A DNA stretch of 64,000 bases from positions 65,844,001 to 65,908,000 of the forward strand of contig NC_042999.1 in assembly GCF_006345805.1 (NCBI RefSeq). Direction: 5' to 3'. The notes under the pieces are model-generated. The model saw only the letters and a list, made by a program, of their open reading frames with translations, was not told where the DNA came from and ran no database searches. The position numbers were made by a program, and so were the translations under genes. This stretch comes from Octopus sinensis (taxonomy: Eukaryota). Below, piece after piece: positions 1-13,125 of the stretch (its first letter is position 1; every line of letters begins with the position of its first letter).

Positions 1-619
1 AATCTCCTAATTACATTATTACATTCTACCAGAATGGGGTAGATTTACAATTCTTATATAAGTGTATGAATAACTAGTTGAGACTGATTTTGAACTAGGT
101 TTAAATCATGCGTTTTGTAGAGAAACATTGGTGTCTTTAAGATGTTTGGGATTATGTTTAACTCAGTTTTCTTGAACATTAATATAGTTACTTACGAGTT
201 ATATCTATGGAAAAGTGATTCATATTGTATGAAATTGTGAAGTTATGGTTTCAATACAACACAAAGCTAATAGGAATGGTACACTTTCTGTGAATGACAA
301 CGATGAGCAATTCTTTGAAATCACAACAGTAATGGAGATAAGGAACAAGCGATCACTCTCCTACTTGATTCAATAAGAATCAGTGTAGTGTAACATCAGC
401 TGCTTACCGTTCATTAATATCCATCTATGTATGCAAGTACTTCAACCTGTTCGTAGCTTTTTTTTTTTCATCTAGCAATTCCCATCAAATCATTGTGTTG
501 TGAATTTTTCGCCCCTATTTTTTTTTTTTGGCTTTTCAGTTTTTCAAGGGTAATCATAAACAGAACACATGCACGGTCTCACACACAGCAAATAACGTGC
601 GTATACATACATACATATA

Positions 620-710
<91 letters not shown>

Positions 711-1618
711 TATATGTTAAACAAAGATAAAATTTGTTGAGAAATTTATCATGACTAAAAGAAAAGGATATTTACATTTTCATCGAACTCCGCTGCCAGT
801 TACAGTCTTTTTTAGAATGATTTAGTCATGCTGCAAGAGAAGGAAAAATAAACTGAAATAAATCAAATTAATCTTTCCTGATATCAGTTCTGCAAGTTCA
901 CATATTTTTCTTGTGAAATTCACATGCTGCTCGTAGTTATTTTCCTTCTAACGTACATACATACACACGCGCACACGTACGTATGTATGTATACATAAAA
1001 ACAAATTCATACATACATGTATTCATACATCCATACACATATATATATACATACATGCATACATATGCATACATGCATATATATGCTTACATGCATACAT
1101 ATATATTTATACATATATATCAACTTTCACTATCATCTCACTCTACTACATCACATTCACAATCTTGGGGTCAAAATGATACTACAGTACAAGCATTTGA
1201 CAAACGCGTGTCAGCAGATTTCAACTCAATTTTAATCACGTCATTAAGTGGCATATTTCTTAATTTCATGATTAAGAACATTTTGAGTACGCGTATACGA
1301 CATTAACTGCAAGCTTCATTTTCAAAGATACTGAAATATATGCGTATGCCTGTATATGTGAATGTGTGCAATATTACATGACATGAAATTTTATTAAAAA
1401 TATCGGTAATATTAATAATTCCTTTCATACAAGCACATGGTGAATATTAAATAAAGCATCAGAAACAATGCAAAAACGTTTCATTGTTGTTTGGACCTAG
1501 ATCGGGCCAGCTCGATCAAACCTATAGTAAGACTGCATTCACGACAACCCAGTTTTTCATATATAAGTGTGTATGTTACGCGAAGTTTCCTGTTTTGAAG
1601 AAGACTGTATATTTTGAC

Positions 1619-1786
1619 GCGTGGAAGGTGTTTGTAAGCCATTTAAGAAACACACAAAAGCCGTTCGATTCACTTCAACATCTAAGTTTAATTTGTCAAA
1701 TTATTTTCGTCGCTAAAATCCGCGACCTGTTCACTAACAAAAATCCGTGCTGCACGGATTAAATGGCTTACAAACACCTTCCACGC
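1619..1786. repeat. 28-bp perfect inverted repeat
   Basis: gcgtggaaggtgtttgtaagccatttaa (1619-1646) and ttaaatggcttacaaacaccttccacgc (1759-1786). Adjacent hairpin aatccgtgc-t-gcacggatt at 1742-1760. Confidence 0.85.
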
Positions 1787-2050
1787 TGCAATTGTTTTCG
1801 TTCCAGCACACGATCTCAGATCAAGTCACTTGCTTTGCGAGTACATCTCTGTATATTTTGATTTGTAAACATAAGGTAGCTATTTATGACACTTAGGGTT
1901 ACAACACAGATATTGTCATCGGTTTATTATAGTTGCTTTTATATCTTCTATTGAATTGGTACTTAAGTCCGATAACATCTGAATGTATGCAAATTCACAT
2001 CAGATCGTTGTTTGCAAGGGAACCGTTAGAAAAGATTATGGAGTAAATAT

Positions 2051-2273
2051 CTGTTTCTTTACTACCTAAAAGGAGCTAAACACAGAGGGGACAAACAAGG
2101 ACAGGCAAACGGATTAAGTCGATTACATCGACCCCAGTGCGTAACCGGTACTTATTTAATCGACCCCGAAAGGATGAAAGGCAAAATCGACCTCGGCGGA
2201 ATTTGAACCCAGAACGTAATGGCAGACGAAATGCAGCTACGCATTTCGCCCGTCGTGCTAACGTTTCTGCCAG
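2051..2273 (-). mobile_element. tRNA-derived SINE, family A
   Basis: Reverse complement of the copy at 30448-30686. A-box-like tggcagaaacg, B-box-like ggttcaaattc, central cctttcatcctttcggggtcgattaaataagtacc domain. Confidence 0.85.
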
Positions 2274-2680
2274 TCCGAGTAAATATCATAAGTCATGCAA
2301 GCTCCTCATCACTCTCACTTTATCTGAGATTGCGTACACAACGAAATGCTGTTGTGAAGGATAGAAAATCTAACGTTTCGGAGAAAGTCCTTTGTTGAAG
2401 GAAAATTTGGAAGGAGAGAAATATATAAGAGATAGCAGATCCTTTCTTAAATTACAAGGAGCAAAACTCTCGTATGTTTCTCACCCTTCAAATGTTTTGT
2501 CAAGGAGGATATTGACTTGAAATCTGGATCTTTCACTCATCATAACATGTTAGCTTTACTCATTTTAACGATTTTACTACACAAGCGCGTGCACACACAC
2601 ACACGCAGGCACACTCACTCACATACATGTAAATTCCATAATTTCTCAAAATAGTGTTCCTCTTCAGATGTGGAATATAT

Positions 2681-3130
2681 ATTTCTTTATTGGCCACAAG
2701 GGGCTAAACATAGAGGGGATAAAACAAGGACAGACAAAGGAATTAAGTCGATTACATCGACCCCAGTGCCTAATTCGTACTTAACTTATCGACCCCGAAA
2801 GGATGAAAGGTAAAATCGTCCTCGGCGGAATTTGAACTAAGAACGTAACTGTAGACGAAATACGGCTACGCATTTCGCCCGGCGCGGTAACGTTTCTTAT
2901 TTCTTTACTACACAGAAGGGGCTAAATACACAGGGGACAAAGAAGGACAGACAAACAGATTAAGTCGATTATATCGACCCCAGTGCGTAACTTGTACTTA
3001 ATTTATCGACCCCGAATGGATGAAAGCCAAAATCGACCTCGGCGGAATTTGAACTCAGAACGTAACGGCAGACGAAATACGGCTACGCATTTCGCCCGGC
3101 GTGCTAACGTTTTTGCCAGCTTACTGCCTT
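2681..3130 (-). mobile_element. Two tandem SINE family A copies
   Basis: Head-to-tail copies 2681-2896 and 2897-3130 with the same body and tail as 2051-2273. Confidence 0.85.
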
Positions 3131-3930
3131 CCAGATGTGGAATATATTGGAGTGGAATGGCAGCGAGACGTAATGTTAAAAATCATGCTGTAGAATACCT
3201 GAAACGAAAACGATTGGTTTTACAAAAGATTTATTATCAAAGATTGTGTTTTCTATTATTTTCTACCGATAATAATATGTTTGCATTCTTTTATTTTTTT
3301 ATTAATGTGTATATGAATATTTATCTTCCTTTGTATTCAATGTATTATTTAGAGCTTCATGCAGAATACATAATGAGAGATAAAAGTGTTTTGAGCAAAA
3401 ACTTATATTAGATAAAGTTTTTTCTCAACTACATTTACATAGATTTCTTGGGGTATAAAGTTAAAATTATAATGCGCATTTGCCTGTTATACAAAGCATA
3501 TTAAAAAATAACAGTTTTTCAAATTTATTTTATAATTGCTGTTCATATTTACTTTTATTTTCCATATAAATATATGATAGATTCTAAGAACTACTAAACA
3601 ATGCATCGAAAACTTATTCGCATTTATCATGAAACAATACAATAAAAATGAGATATATAAAAATGAGGAACGAATATATTCACTTGGTATAAAAATTGTT
3701 TATACTTATTACACAAGATGTATGGTATTTTATCGTTACTATGTTGGATTGCTAGAACGCCGACTTTGGTATACGGTATAATTAGTAAACTCAGTAAAGA
3801 CACGACAGTCTCTGACCGTCAACTGCGTTCTTCGGTACTTCATGTATTTCTCTTGATATATATATATATACATATATACACCTACATATATATGATAAAT
3901 AGCAACTAATATATAAATACATACATACAT

Positions 3931-3987
<57 letters not shown>

Positions 3988-4039
3988 AAAGTAAACACGT
4001 AAATGTGAAACAAGGTGGAAAAAAGAGTACTGAAATACC

Positions 4040-4215
4040 AGAGGTAGAGTACTATACTTTATTTAAAAGCACCAGAAATTCAACAAAATTTGTTACTCGA
4101 CGTTTCACGTTCCCGTTCGTCGGACAATTTTTTTAACAAAACTCTCCGACGAACGGGTACGTGAAACTCCGAATAACAGCTTTTGTTGAATTTCTGCTGC
4201 TTTTAAATAAAGTGT
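4040..4215. mobile_element. Small inverted PLE-terminus-like element with two hammerhead-like motifs
   Basis: ~4060-4127 and ~4146-4215 are inverted homologues. Each carries CCGACGA-acg(ggaa/ggta)cgt-GAAAC. A related fragment lies at ~50810-50860. Confidence 0.6.
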
Positions 4216-4253
<38 letters not shown>

Positions 4254-4262
4254 ATATATATA

Positions 4263-4294
<32 letters not shown>

Positions 4295-4483
4295 ATACGT
4301 TTATACATATATATATATGTATGTATATACATTTATACATATAAATACATGCATATGTGGGTACATAACATCACTAAAATTGCAAATGACATGAAATACG
4401 TAAACAAAGAGAAAAAATGTTAACAGGGCAATTAAACACAGAAAGGACACTTCATCATTTGTCGGCTGCCTATACATACATAT

Positions 4484-4528
<45 letters not shown>

Positions 4529-4529
4529 G

Positions 4530-4564
<35 letters not shown>

Positions 4565-4699
4565 AGATTATGGCCGTTCCTTGATTGTGATGTTGAACTT
4601 ATAAATGGTCTATGACTATTTAATTTTTTCCCACTAGGCCGCTGGTGGCAAAGAAATTCTACAAAATTTTTTGCCACCCTATATTGATTAATTATATAT

Positions 4700-4700
<1 letters not shown>

Positions 4701-4782
<82 letters not shown>

Positions 4783-4783
4783 T
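4701..4783. repeat. (GATA)n microsatellite
   Basis: Direct reading. Confidence 0.97.
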
Positions 4784-4812
4784 ACACACCCACACGATAT
4801 ATATATATATAT

Positions 4813-4850
<38 letters not shown>

Positions 4851-4861
4851 GTTAATCCAAA

Positions 4862-5060
4862 CAAGAAAACACAAAAACACAAAAACACAGCAACGCGAGG
4901 ACGTGGAACAAATAAAGTATTATTGGACGCTCAGGAAAGAAGGGAAGAAAGAGGGTTAACCTTTCGAGCGGAGCTCTTCGTCGGAAACATAGGAGAAGGA
5001 AAGATCCCGAGAAGGGAAGACAGAGGAAAAAAATCGCCAGCGGTACTCACGTGGTCACGT
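4862..5060 (-). mobile_element. PLE-terminus-like interspersed repeat
   Basis: Homologous to 18660-18845. The minus strand has CCGACGAA-gag(ctccg)ctc-GAAA. Confidence 0.55.
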
Positions 5061-5725
5061 ATTGAATGACCGGAAGTAGAAAGGTGGAAGAATAATGTTT
5101 TTTAAAGACAGGAGAGTTTTCAAAGACAGTATGGTAAAGACAAGGAAAGTGAGAGGGGGAATGTGTGTGGATGTGTGCGTGCGCGGAGGTCTGCGTGTGC
5201 GCGTATGTGTGTATGTGTGCAATGATGACAAGTGTGTGTATGTGTGTATGGCGAACAACTGGCTAGTAACTGGCCAGTATGTAAGAATAAGGAGTGGTGT
5301 TTTTTGTGTTCAGCCACAGGTCAAAAACAACGAGGTATGTGTGTGTGCGTGTATGTATATGTATCGTGTGTGTGTTTTGTTTGTAGTGTGTGTGTATGTG
5401 TGTGTTCGTGTGTGTATGCGTAGAGTTTGGGTGAGTGGCGAGTAACTGTGCTTAACTTAGTGATGTGTGCGTGTGTGCTTGTACGTGCGTGTGTGTGTAT
5501 ATATGTGTACATATAATTGTGTGCCTGTATGTATAATTGTGTGCCGTGTGTATGGGACGTATGTGTGGGTTCATTTGTGTGTGTGAATGTGTATGTATGT
5601 GCGTGCGTATGAGTGCGCATGATTTTGTGTACGTATGTGTGTGTGCTTATATGTGTGTACGTATGTGTATGTGTGCGTGCGCGTGTAGGTATATATTGTG
5701 TGTATGCATATGTGTCGGTGTGTAT

Positions 5726-5766
<41 letters not shown>

Positions 5767-6221
5767 TATATATATACATACATACATACATGCATACATG
5801 CATACACATATGCAGACATACATATATAGCGAGACGAGCAAGACTGTCAGACAGTTAGGCATTTCTGTCGATGTTTGCTTGCGAAATATATGCGCGCGCG
5901 CCTGTGTGCAGGTAGTTAGATAATTTGGCCGGTATTTAGGTCAGTATCTATTTATGCATGTATAACTGATGCAGTCGAAGTGACAGAATAATTCATCTTT
6001 AATCATACATACGGAACATAGTTGCAACAACATTCCAACAACATGCATCTCAATCAAAAGGCGGAAAAGAGTAATTTCTTTTCGGCACTTTCAAAACAAC
6101 TTTGAAAACTAATAACAGCAATATTCTTTAAACTCTGCTGACCTCAGAATCGTTGTCAGAGTGTAGAACTAATGAAATAATACAAGGAGGCAAAATATAA
6201 TTGTTTACATATATATATATA

Positions 6222-6449
6222 GTGAAGTATATTTGCCACTTAAATGTGGCTAACTTCTAAGGGTGGATGCCTCTGTAGCTTGTAGCCCCTGTAGGTCACC
6301 TCCTCCAGATGACTATTGACACACTTTCCGTGTCCTATCAGCATTTGAAAAGGGAAGCCATCCTTCCCGTCTTGCTCTCCTGGGGCTACAAGCTACAGTA
6401 GCATCCACCCTTAGGGGTTAGCCACATTTAAGTGGTAAATATACTTCAC
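6222..6449. mobile_element. MITE-like element, ~68-bp TIRs
   Basis: 6222-6289 (gtgaagtatatttgccacttaaatgtggc...gtagcccc) is the near-perfect reverse complement of 6382-6449. Confidence 0.8.
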
Positions 6450-6564
6450 GTTGTATTGTAGTTAAAGTTTATACCTCGCTCAGAGATTCATTATTGCTCA
6501 TAGATATATATATAAATGTATATTCCTTTTAGGGTACAATCCCTGAAATTTGATGGAAGTAGGT

Positions 6565-6716
6565 AAGTCGATTAGATCGACCCCTAGTGTTCAACTGGTA
6601 CTTATTTTATCGAACCCCGGAAGGATTCATGGCAAAGCCAACTTCGGTAGAATTTGAGCTCAGAACGAAATGCCGCTAAGCATTTTGCCTGACGTGTTAA
6701 TGATTCTGCCAGCTCC
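6565..6716 (-). mobile_element. Diverged SINE family A-related copy
   Basis: agtcgattagatcgaccc...actggtacttattttatcgaaccccggaagg...gaatttgagctcagaac...gccagctc. Confidence 0.65.
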
Positions 6717-7749
6717 CGGCATTTACATCAGACTACACATTAACGGAATAAATCTCTTGGTGAGCACAATTTGAAATACTTCAAGATCACACAACTCAGG
6801 TCTTTCAAACAAACTTTTACTCCTTCGTTCTTTGCTCCTGTAGTGATATCATCTATTCTCCTGGACACTTAGTTTCTATGCGTTTAATTGGATTACGAAA
6901 TTTAGTTTCAGTTGTTTTGTGGGTCCCCAATTTTCGCGGTCTAATTCATTTCCAAATTTGCCGAGTTCGTATTGCAGGCTCACATAAGAAATTGGTAGTG
7001 AATGGATTTTTATAATTTTATTGTGGGTAAGAATCGAAACAATTGCATGTTTTTTTGTATTTATAATTTATTACATATTATATCATTATTAGTATTATTA
7101 TAAGAGTATAATATAATATTATTTAATTTAAGTTTTGGATTGACAACTTTATATTTCCATTTTCTATTCATTTTCATAAATAAATATATATGTCTATATG
7201 TATATATGTGTGCATATACATGTATATATGTATTTGAATTCATTTTCACAGTGAAAATGTAAGTAAATGAGGCCTCGTTATGATACACGGATCCCGTGCA
7301 AAACGGAGTATATCTCTTAAACAGAAAAACATATTCTATCAAGTTATGTTGGACAGCTTCATTCAGTTCATACCCTACTTAACTAGCAATTATGTTTTAT
7401 CTTGAACCTTACTTGACCATTCTTCATGCAAATACCACAATTAAAATTGTTTACGAATTCTTAATTGAACCTATGGTGAAAATTTATATAAGAATATTGA
7501 TGCAGAAAACCGACCCGTTTGTAAACGCTTGAGTTGCAACAAATTATTCCGACCCTGGACATAATCTTCGGCTCATAGCTATGGACATATCTTTAGGAAT
7601 AGAGCAAGATATAAAATTTACTATTGCTTTCACAAACAACTTTACATACACATACACACACGCAAGCACATAGATGTTGTGCGTGTATGTATATGTATAT
7701 TCATACATGTATACACAAATACCTACTTATGTTCATATGTTTATATATG

Positions 7750-7787
<38 letters not shown>

Positions 7788-7894
7788 CGTATATTCAAGG
7801 TATACATATATCTTTCTATCTATCTATCTATTTATCTATCTATCTATATATATATATATATATATATATGATCATATATGTATGTATACATTCA

Positions 7895-7984
<90 letters not shown>

Positions 7985-8209
7985 TATGTATATGAAGCAA
8001 AAATGTAAGAGATCGAAGAGGGTTTTTTGGGAGGTTGAAATGCATCTGAGTTTTAAAACGTGTTGTAGTATTTTAAAATTTAGTTTCAAATTTATTAAAA
8101 GTCCAAACCCGTTTCCTCAATTTTCCAATAGTAAATTCAAAAATTTAGGAAAAGTTGAAGGTACAAGCAAAAATTCTGTATATACATACATAAAATATAT
8201 GTATATATA

Positions 8210-8240
<31 letters not shown>

Positions 8241-8347
8241 CAAACGTATATATACATACATATACATATATATAATATATATATATAATATATATATATA
8301 ATATATATATATATACACACACACACGCATATATATATATATATACA

Positions 8348-8545
8348 GTGGAGGCACAATGGCCCATTGGTTAGGGCAGCGGGCTCACAGACGTGGGATT
8401 GCGATTTCAAAAGGTCAGACTTGTCACACACCGTGTCACGCTGAATCCCCCCGGAACTACGTTAAGGGTACATGTGTCAGCGGAGTGCTCACCCACTCGC
8501 ACATTAATTTCACGAGTAAGCTGTTCCGTTGATTGGATCATCTGC
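8348..8545 (+). mobile_element. tRNA-derived SINE, family C (partial)
   Basis: Head ggcacaatggcccattggttagggcagcgg. The body matches the reverse complement of 20740-20860. Confidence 0.65.
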
Positions 8546-8709
8546 AACCCTCGGTATTCTTTTTATATTCTTTTATTTGTTTCAATCATTTGTCTGCGGC
8601 CATGCAAGACTTAATTTTTTGTAAACCTAGTACTTATTCTATCGCTTTCCTTTGCCGAACCGCTAAATTATGGGAACAAATACAAACACACACACACACA
8701 CACACGCAC

Positions 8710-8760
<51 letters not shown>

Positions 8761-8766
8761 TATATA

Positions 8767-8918
8767 GACGACGGGCTTCTTTCAGTTTCCGCCTAAATCC
8801 ACTCATGAGGCTGTGGACGGCCCGATGCTATAGTAGAAGACAGTTGCCCAAGGTTCTGCGAACCCGGAACCATGTGGTCATGAAGCAAGCTATTTACCAC
8901 ACAGTCACTCCCGCGCCT
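8767..8918 (-). mobile_element. tRNA-derived SINE, family B
   Basis: cgacgggcttctttcagtttccg...gaacccggaaccatgtgg...ttaccacacagtcactcccgcgcct. Homologous to 14196-14350, 26378-26527, 50598-50733. Confidence 0.8.
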
Positions 8919-9423
8919 ATATATATATACCGAAACGGTGAAAAATTATATTTCGAATTGCGACATTCCCACAAGTAGGAGCGAAATGGTGGTCTTTTTT
9001 ACACATTTTTAATTTACTTTTCTATCATTTCAACGATTGAGTCAAGTAGGGGATTCAAGGAATGAAAGTTTGAATACCACAACACAAATACCTTTGGATA
9101 AAAGAAGCTTTTAGAAAGCTTTCACTGATGTCAAGAAGATCACATCTGAGTCCAGCCTATATTTACGCTGATTTCTCTTTATTGAATACATCCTTGAAAT
9201 CATTCTATGGTTTCTTTTTGTTTTTACTGTTATTTTATATCCTCTTTCCTTTCCTGTTTCAGTCTTCGTTTCTTTTTATCCCTTTCTCCATTTGCCTCTA
9301 ATTCTTTTTCATCTTCTCCCTATTGTCTAACATCTTTTCAACTTCTTCCGCTTTTAATCCTTATATTCTTCTTCTTCTTCATTCGTTCATTCTATGTTAT
9401 TTTATTTTATTCTTCTTCTTCTG

Positions 9424-9470
<47 letters not shown>
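9424..9470. repeat. (TAT)n microsatellite
   Basis: Direct reading. A second array lies at ~10265-10318. Confidence 0.97.
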
Positions 9471-9472
<2 letters not shown>

Positions 9473-10263
9473 CGTTTCTTCTTCTCCGTCTCCTCCTCCC
9501 ATCCTTCCTCTTCTTCTCCTTCTTCTTCTTCTTCTTCTTCTTTTCTTCATCCATTTTCTTTATGCCAAGTTCATACATACACAACGAACAAAACATGCAG
9601 CGTTAACGAAAACAAACGATTAGTTCTCAAATATCTTATTTATGTCGACTGCAGAAATTATATTTGTTACTTTTGTTTTTATTCCCTTTTACATTTTAAA
9701 CAATGTGTGCTTTATTTTACATCAGATCAACATTTTCAAAATTTCTTTCTAAATTCATATCATTAAGTAATTCCTTATCGCTTTCTTTTCAAACACTTTT
9801 TTTTAATATCATATATCATATCGATTTTTTTAGATGATGGACAGCCTTTAGCGTTTGCAACATATTCTTGTACTAAAACAAAAGTTAAAATGACGATAAA
9901 TCTGTTATTCTTTTTCTTTTTACATTTTTTAAGAATTTTTTTTAAGCATATTTCAATACATTCAATGTTATTTGTGTTTCATTCGAAGACTTCAACACGA
10001 TAGAATCAGAATTCGGAAAGAGAAAAACAAAACAATGACAGAGAGAGGAAAACAGAGAGAGAGAATGAAAATAAAAGAGAGAGAAAGAGAGAGAGCCCGC
10101 GAAAAGAGAGAGACAATGAGAAAGAGATAGAAAGTGGGTGAGAGCGAGAGAGTGAAACAGAAAATATTTTCTTTCGATAGAATTGTATTTACAGACACTG
10201 ACGTATCTCAATATATTTTTTTATTTCTTGCTATTGTTTTCATGTATCACTTTGTCAGGTGGA

Positions 10264-10320
<57 letters not shown>

Positions 10321-10452
10321 TTGTTTTATTTTTGGAATATTTTTTTTTTTGCATTTTTACTTTTAAAATACTTGTTACAAATATGTCGAAATATTTGTTA
10401 ATATATATGTTTTACATAGACACAATGCCTCCAAATTTAAAGAAATTGCACA

Positions 10453-10491
<39 letters not shown>

Positions 10492-10494
10492 GTG

Positions 10495-10527
<33 letters not shown>

Positions 10528-11135
10528 CGGAGACGAATACTTGATTGATATATATATTTCTTCAATCGAAGAATAGATCACAGCAGGATATCAACGCGAA
10601 ACGTAATTGACTTTACCATATAGCACAAAAGCTTTTCGAATGATGCTCCAGCGATTTGGCCAATGAACTACCATAAAGTAAATTTTAATTTTTATTTGTT
10701 ATAAGATTCAGGCTAGAGGTCTTCTGAGACATGTATATAAAATCATGTATCACGTGAATTTCACACAAATATATATCATTCTTCGGTGATTCGGTTTGAA
10801 TAAAAGGATCTTAATATAGCCCTTCATTTTAGCTTTGTAAATGGCGATGAGTTAACAATCTTTGGTCATAGTGCATTGAGATATTCATTTACAAGTCTCT
10901 TGTAAAATTTAATTTAGTTAAATATTTACCTCAAAAGACTTTGATTGCCAGCGTCACATGGTCCAATATACATAAAATATTGATCAAATAATGAGGCAAA
11001 ATAATCGATCATACCCACCCACAAAATGTGAGACCTGGTTTACGCTGTGAACCTCACTATCAAGTTAAGTTCATTAAAGTTTTGAATCCGTCTTTCACCA
11101 CTATCCCTTCTGATATCAAGCAGATGCATGGGATA

Positions 11136-11214
11136 AAATATCTGCTAACTACTGAGATGATTAGAGAGATAACGATAGTTAATGATATCTGTATATATAT
11201 ATATTATAAATATA

Positions 11215-11264
<50 letters not shown>

Positions 11265-11307
11265 TGTATATATATATATAGTAAATATGTATATATATAT
11301 GTGCATG

Positions 11308-11352
<45 letters not shown>

Positions 11353-11374
11353 GGCGTGTGTGTGTATATATATA

Positions 11375-11415
<41 letters not shown>

Positions 11416-11809
11416 TATATATATATATATACAAGCACACATATATTTGTGTGTGTGTGCGCCCTCGAATGTATGTTACTTTGTATGAATATATATATAT
11501 CTTATTACAATTATGAATATGAATAGAAAATCTGGTGCTCCGATACATTTTTATTTTCTTGCACACTCGTCTACCAATATAATGCATTTACACACGCGCA
11601 CAGATTTATCCATGCTACGAAATATCTGCTAACTACTGAGATGATTAGAGAGATAACGATAGTTAATGATATCTGTATATATATAATTATAAATATATCT
11701 ATATATATATATATATATATATAGCATGTATATATATATATATAAATATGTATATATATATATATGTGCATGTTATATATACATATATATATATATATAT
11801 ATAATATGC

Positions 11810-11865
<56 letters not shown>

Positions 11866-12077
11866 CACAATATATATATATATATACAAGCACACATATA
11901 TTTGTGTGTGTGTGCGCCCTCGAATGTATGTTACTTTGTATGAATATATATATATTCTTATTACAATTATGAATATGAATAGAAAATCTGGTGCTCCGAT
12001 ACATTTTTATTTTCTTGCACACTCGTCTACCAATATAATGCATTTACACACGCGCACAGATTTATCCATGCTACGAA
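11136..12077 (+). repeat. Tandem duplication (~480/460 bp)
   Basis: aaatatctgctaactactgagatg starts at 11136 and 11620. Both copies end cagatttatccatgctacga and differ mainly in microsatellite length. Confidence 0.9.
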
Positions 12078-12419
12078 TTTTGTATAACTGCACTTTACTT
12101 CCGAATTGAAGCACTTGATAAAGTATGAGTACCCAATTTATCTGCTTTGCAATGCATCGAACTAACGGAGATACCATGAACAGCTCATTGTATATATCTA
12201 TATTGAATATATCATTCCACACCAATTTACGTATTATCAAGTCATTCCATAAATAATGTAGTTTTGCAGACCTAACATGTCGAAACATGCTTTAAGGCGT
12301 GTAAACAAGATTTCTTTTCACGGGTGCATAACTACCATAAATGACAGAAAGACTCAGATAGATTCTGGCTTTAAGACAAACAAATAATAATTTATTGCTT
12401 TCATAATCCCTCATGAAAA

Positions 12420-13125
12420 TTGGAGTCACAGAAGAGTTTTACGAGTATTAAAACTGTAACAATGTAATAAATGCTGTAAAACTATCAACTTTGACTAGTT
12501 TCAAATATTTTCAAGAGAAAGTTTACGATTCTGGTTGTGGATAAAGAAGATTGTGGGAACAAATTTAGCAATTTTTGGCAAAATATGTACCCTTTAGTGA
12601 AATGTTTACAGTTGGATAGATAGACAAATATAAAAAAATAATTTGACAAAAAATGTGAATCTTTAATTATTTTCTGAGATTTTACAAAAAAAAAAAGAGG
12701 TTCTATGGTGGGTTTGGCATCCTCCTTATTCTTTCGATTATCATTTATTCCGAAGCTTGCAGACTTTTATTGATGGAGAATACAATTCTTTAAAGACACT
12801 CGAAACTGACTTTCAAGAGGTTTTGTCTTCTAAGTCAGAAGCGCTTAATAAGTATTAAAAATGTAACAATGTAATAAATGCTGTAAAAAAATGTGCAAGA
12901 AATTGTATGGTGGAAGTGTTTTGAATATTCGCATCTGCCAACGATAGTTCCATAAATTTCGACAAGGAGACATTAGCTTGGAAGAGGCCCATCACTCTGG
13001 GCACCGTGACTCTTTTGATAACAATGTGTTGAAAACCGCTGCTGGATGAAATCCATATGCAATATCTCGAAACTTAGCAGAAGAGTTTAATTCATCGTTA
13101 TCACCTGTCCATCACCATTTGCAAG
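12420..13125 (+). mobile_element. Degraded mariner transposase N-terminal (HTH) remnant
   Basis: From ~12880: KLYGGSVLNIRICQR*FHKFRQGDISLEEAP, then (frameshift) SGHRDSFDNNVLKTAAG*NPYAISRNLAEEFNSSLSPVHHHLQ, matching mariner YG..CQRWF.KFRSGD.SLED.PRSGRP...NP....LAE. A ~37-bp piece is repeated at ~12445 and ~12852. Confidence 0.7.

Noticed and set aside
2137-3411. Recurrent ORFs 'MRN.Y...RPRKDE.Q.RPRRNLN.ER' (also 22014, 30344, 31565)
   Set aside because: Antisense readings of SINE family A. Recurrence reflects repeat copy number.
6320-6365. Hammerhead in the MITE core (minus strand CTGATAG-gacac/gtgtc-AATAG)
   Set aside because: Both conserved core segments deviate (CUGAUAG, AAUA) and stems I/III are absent.
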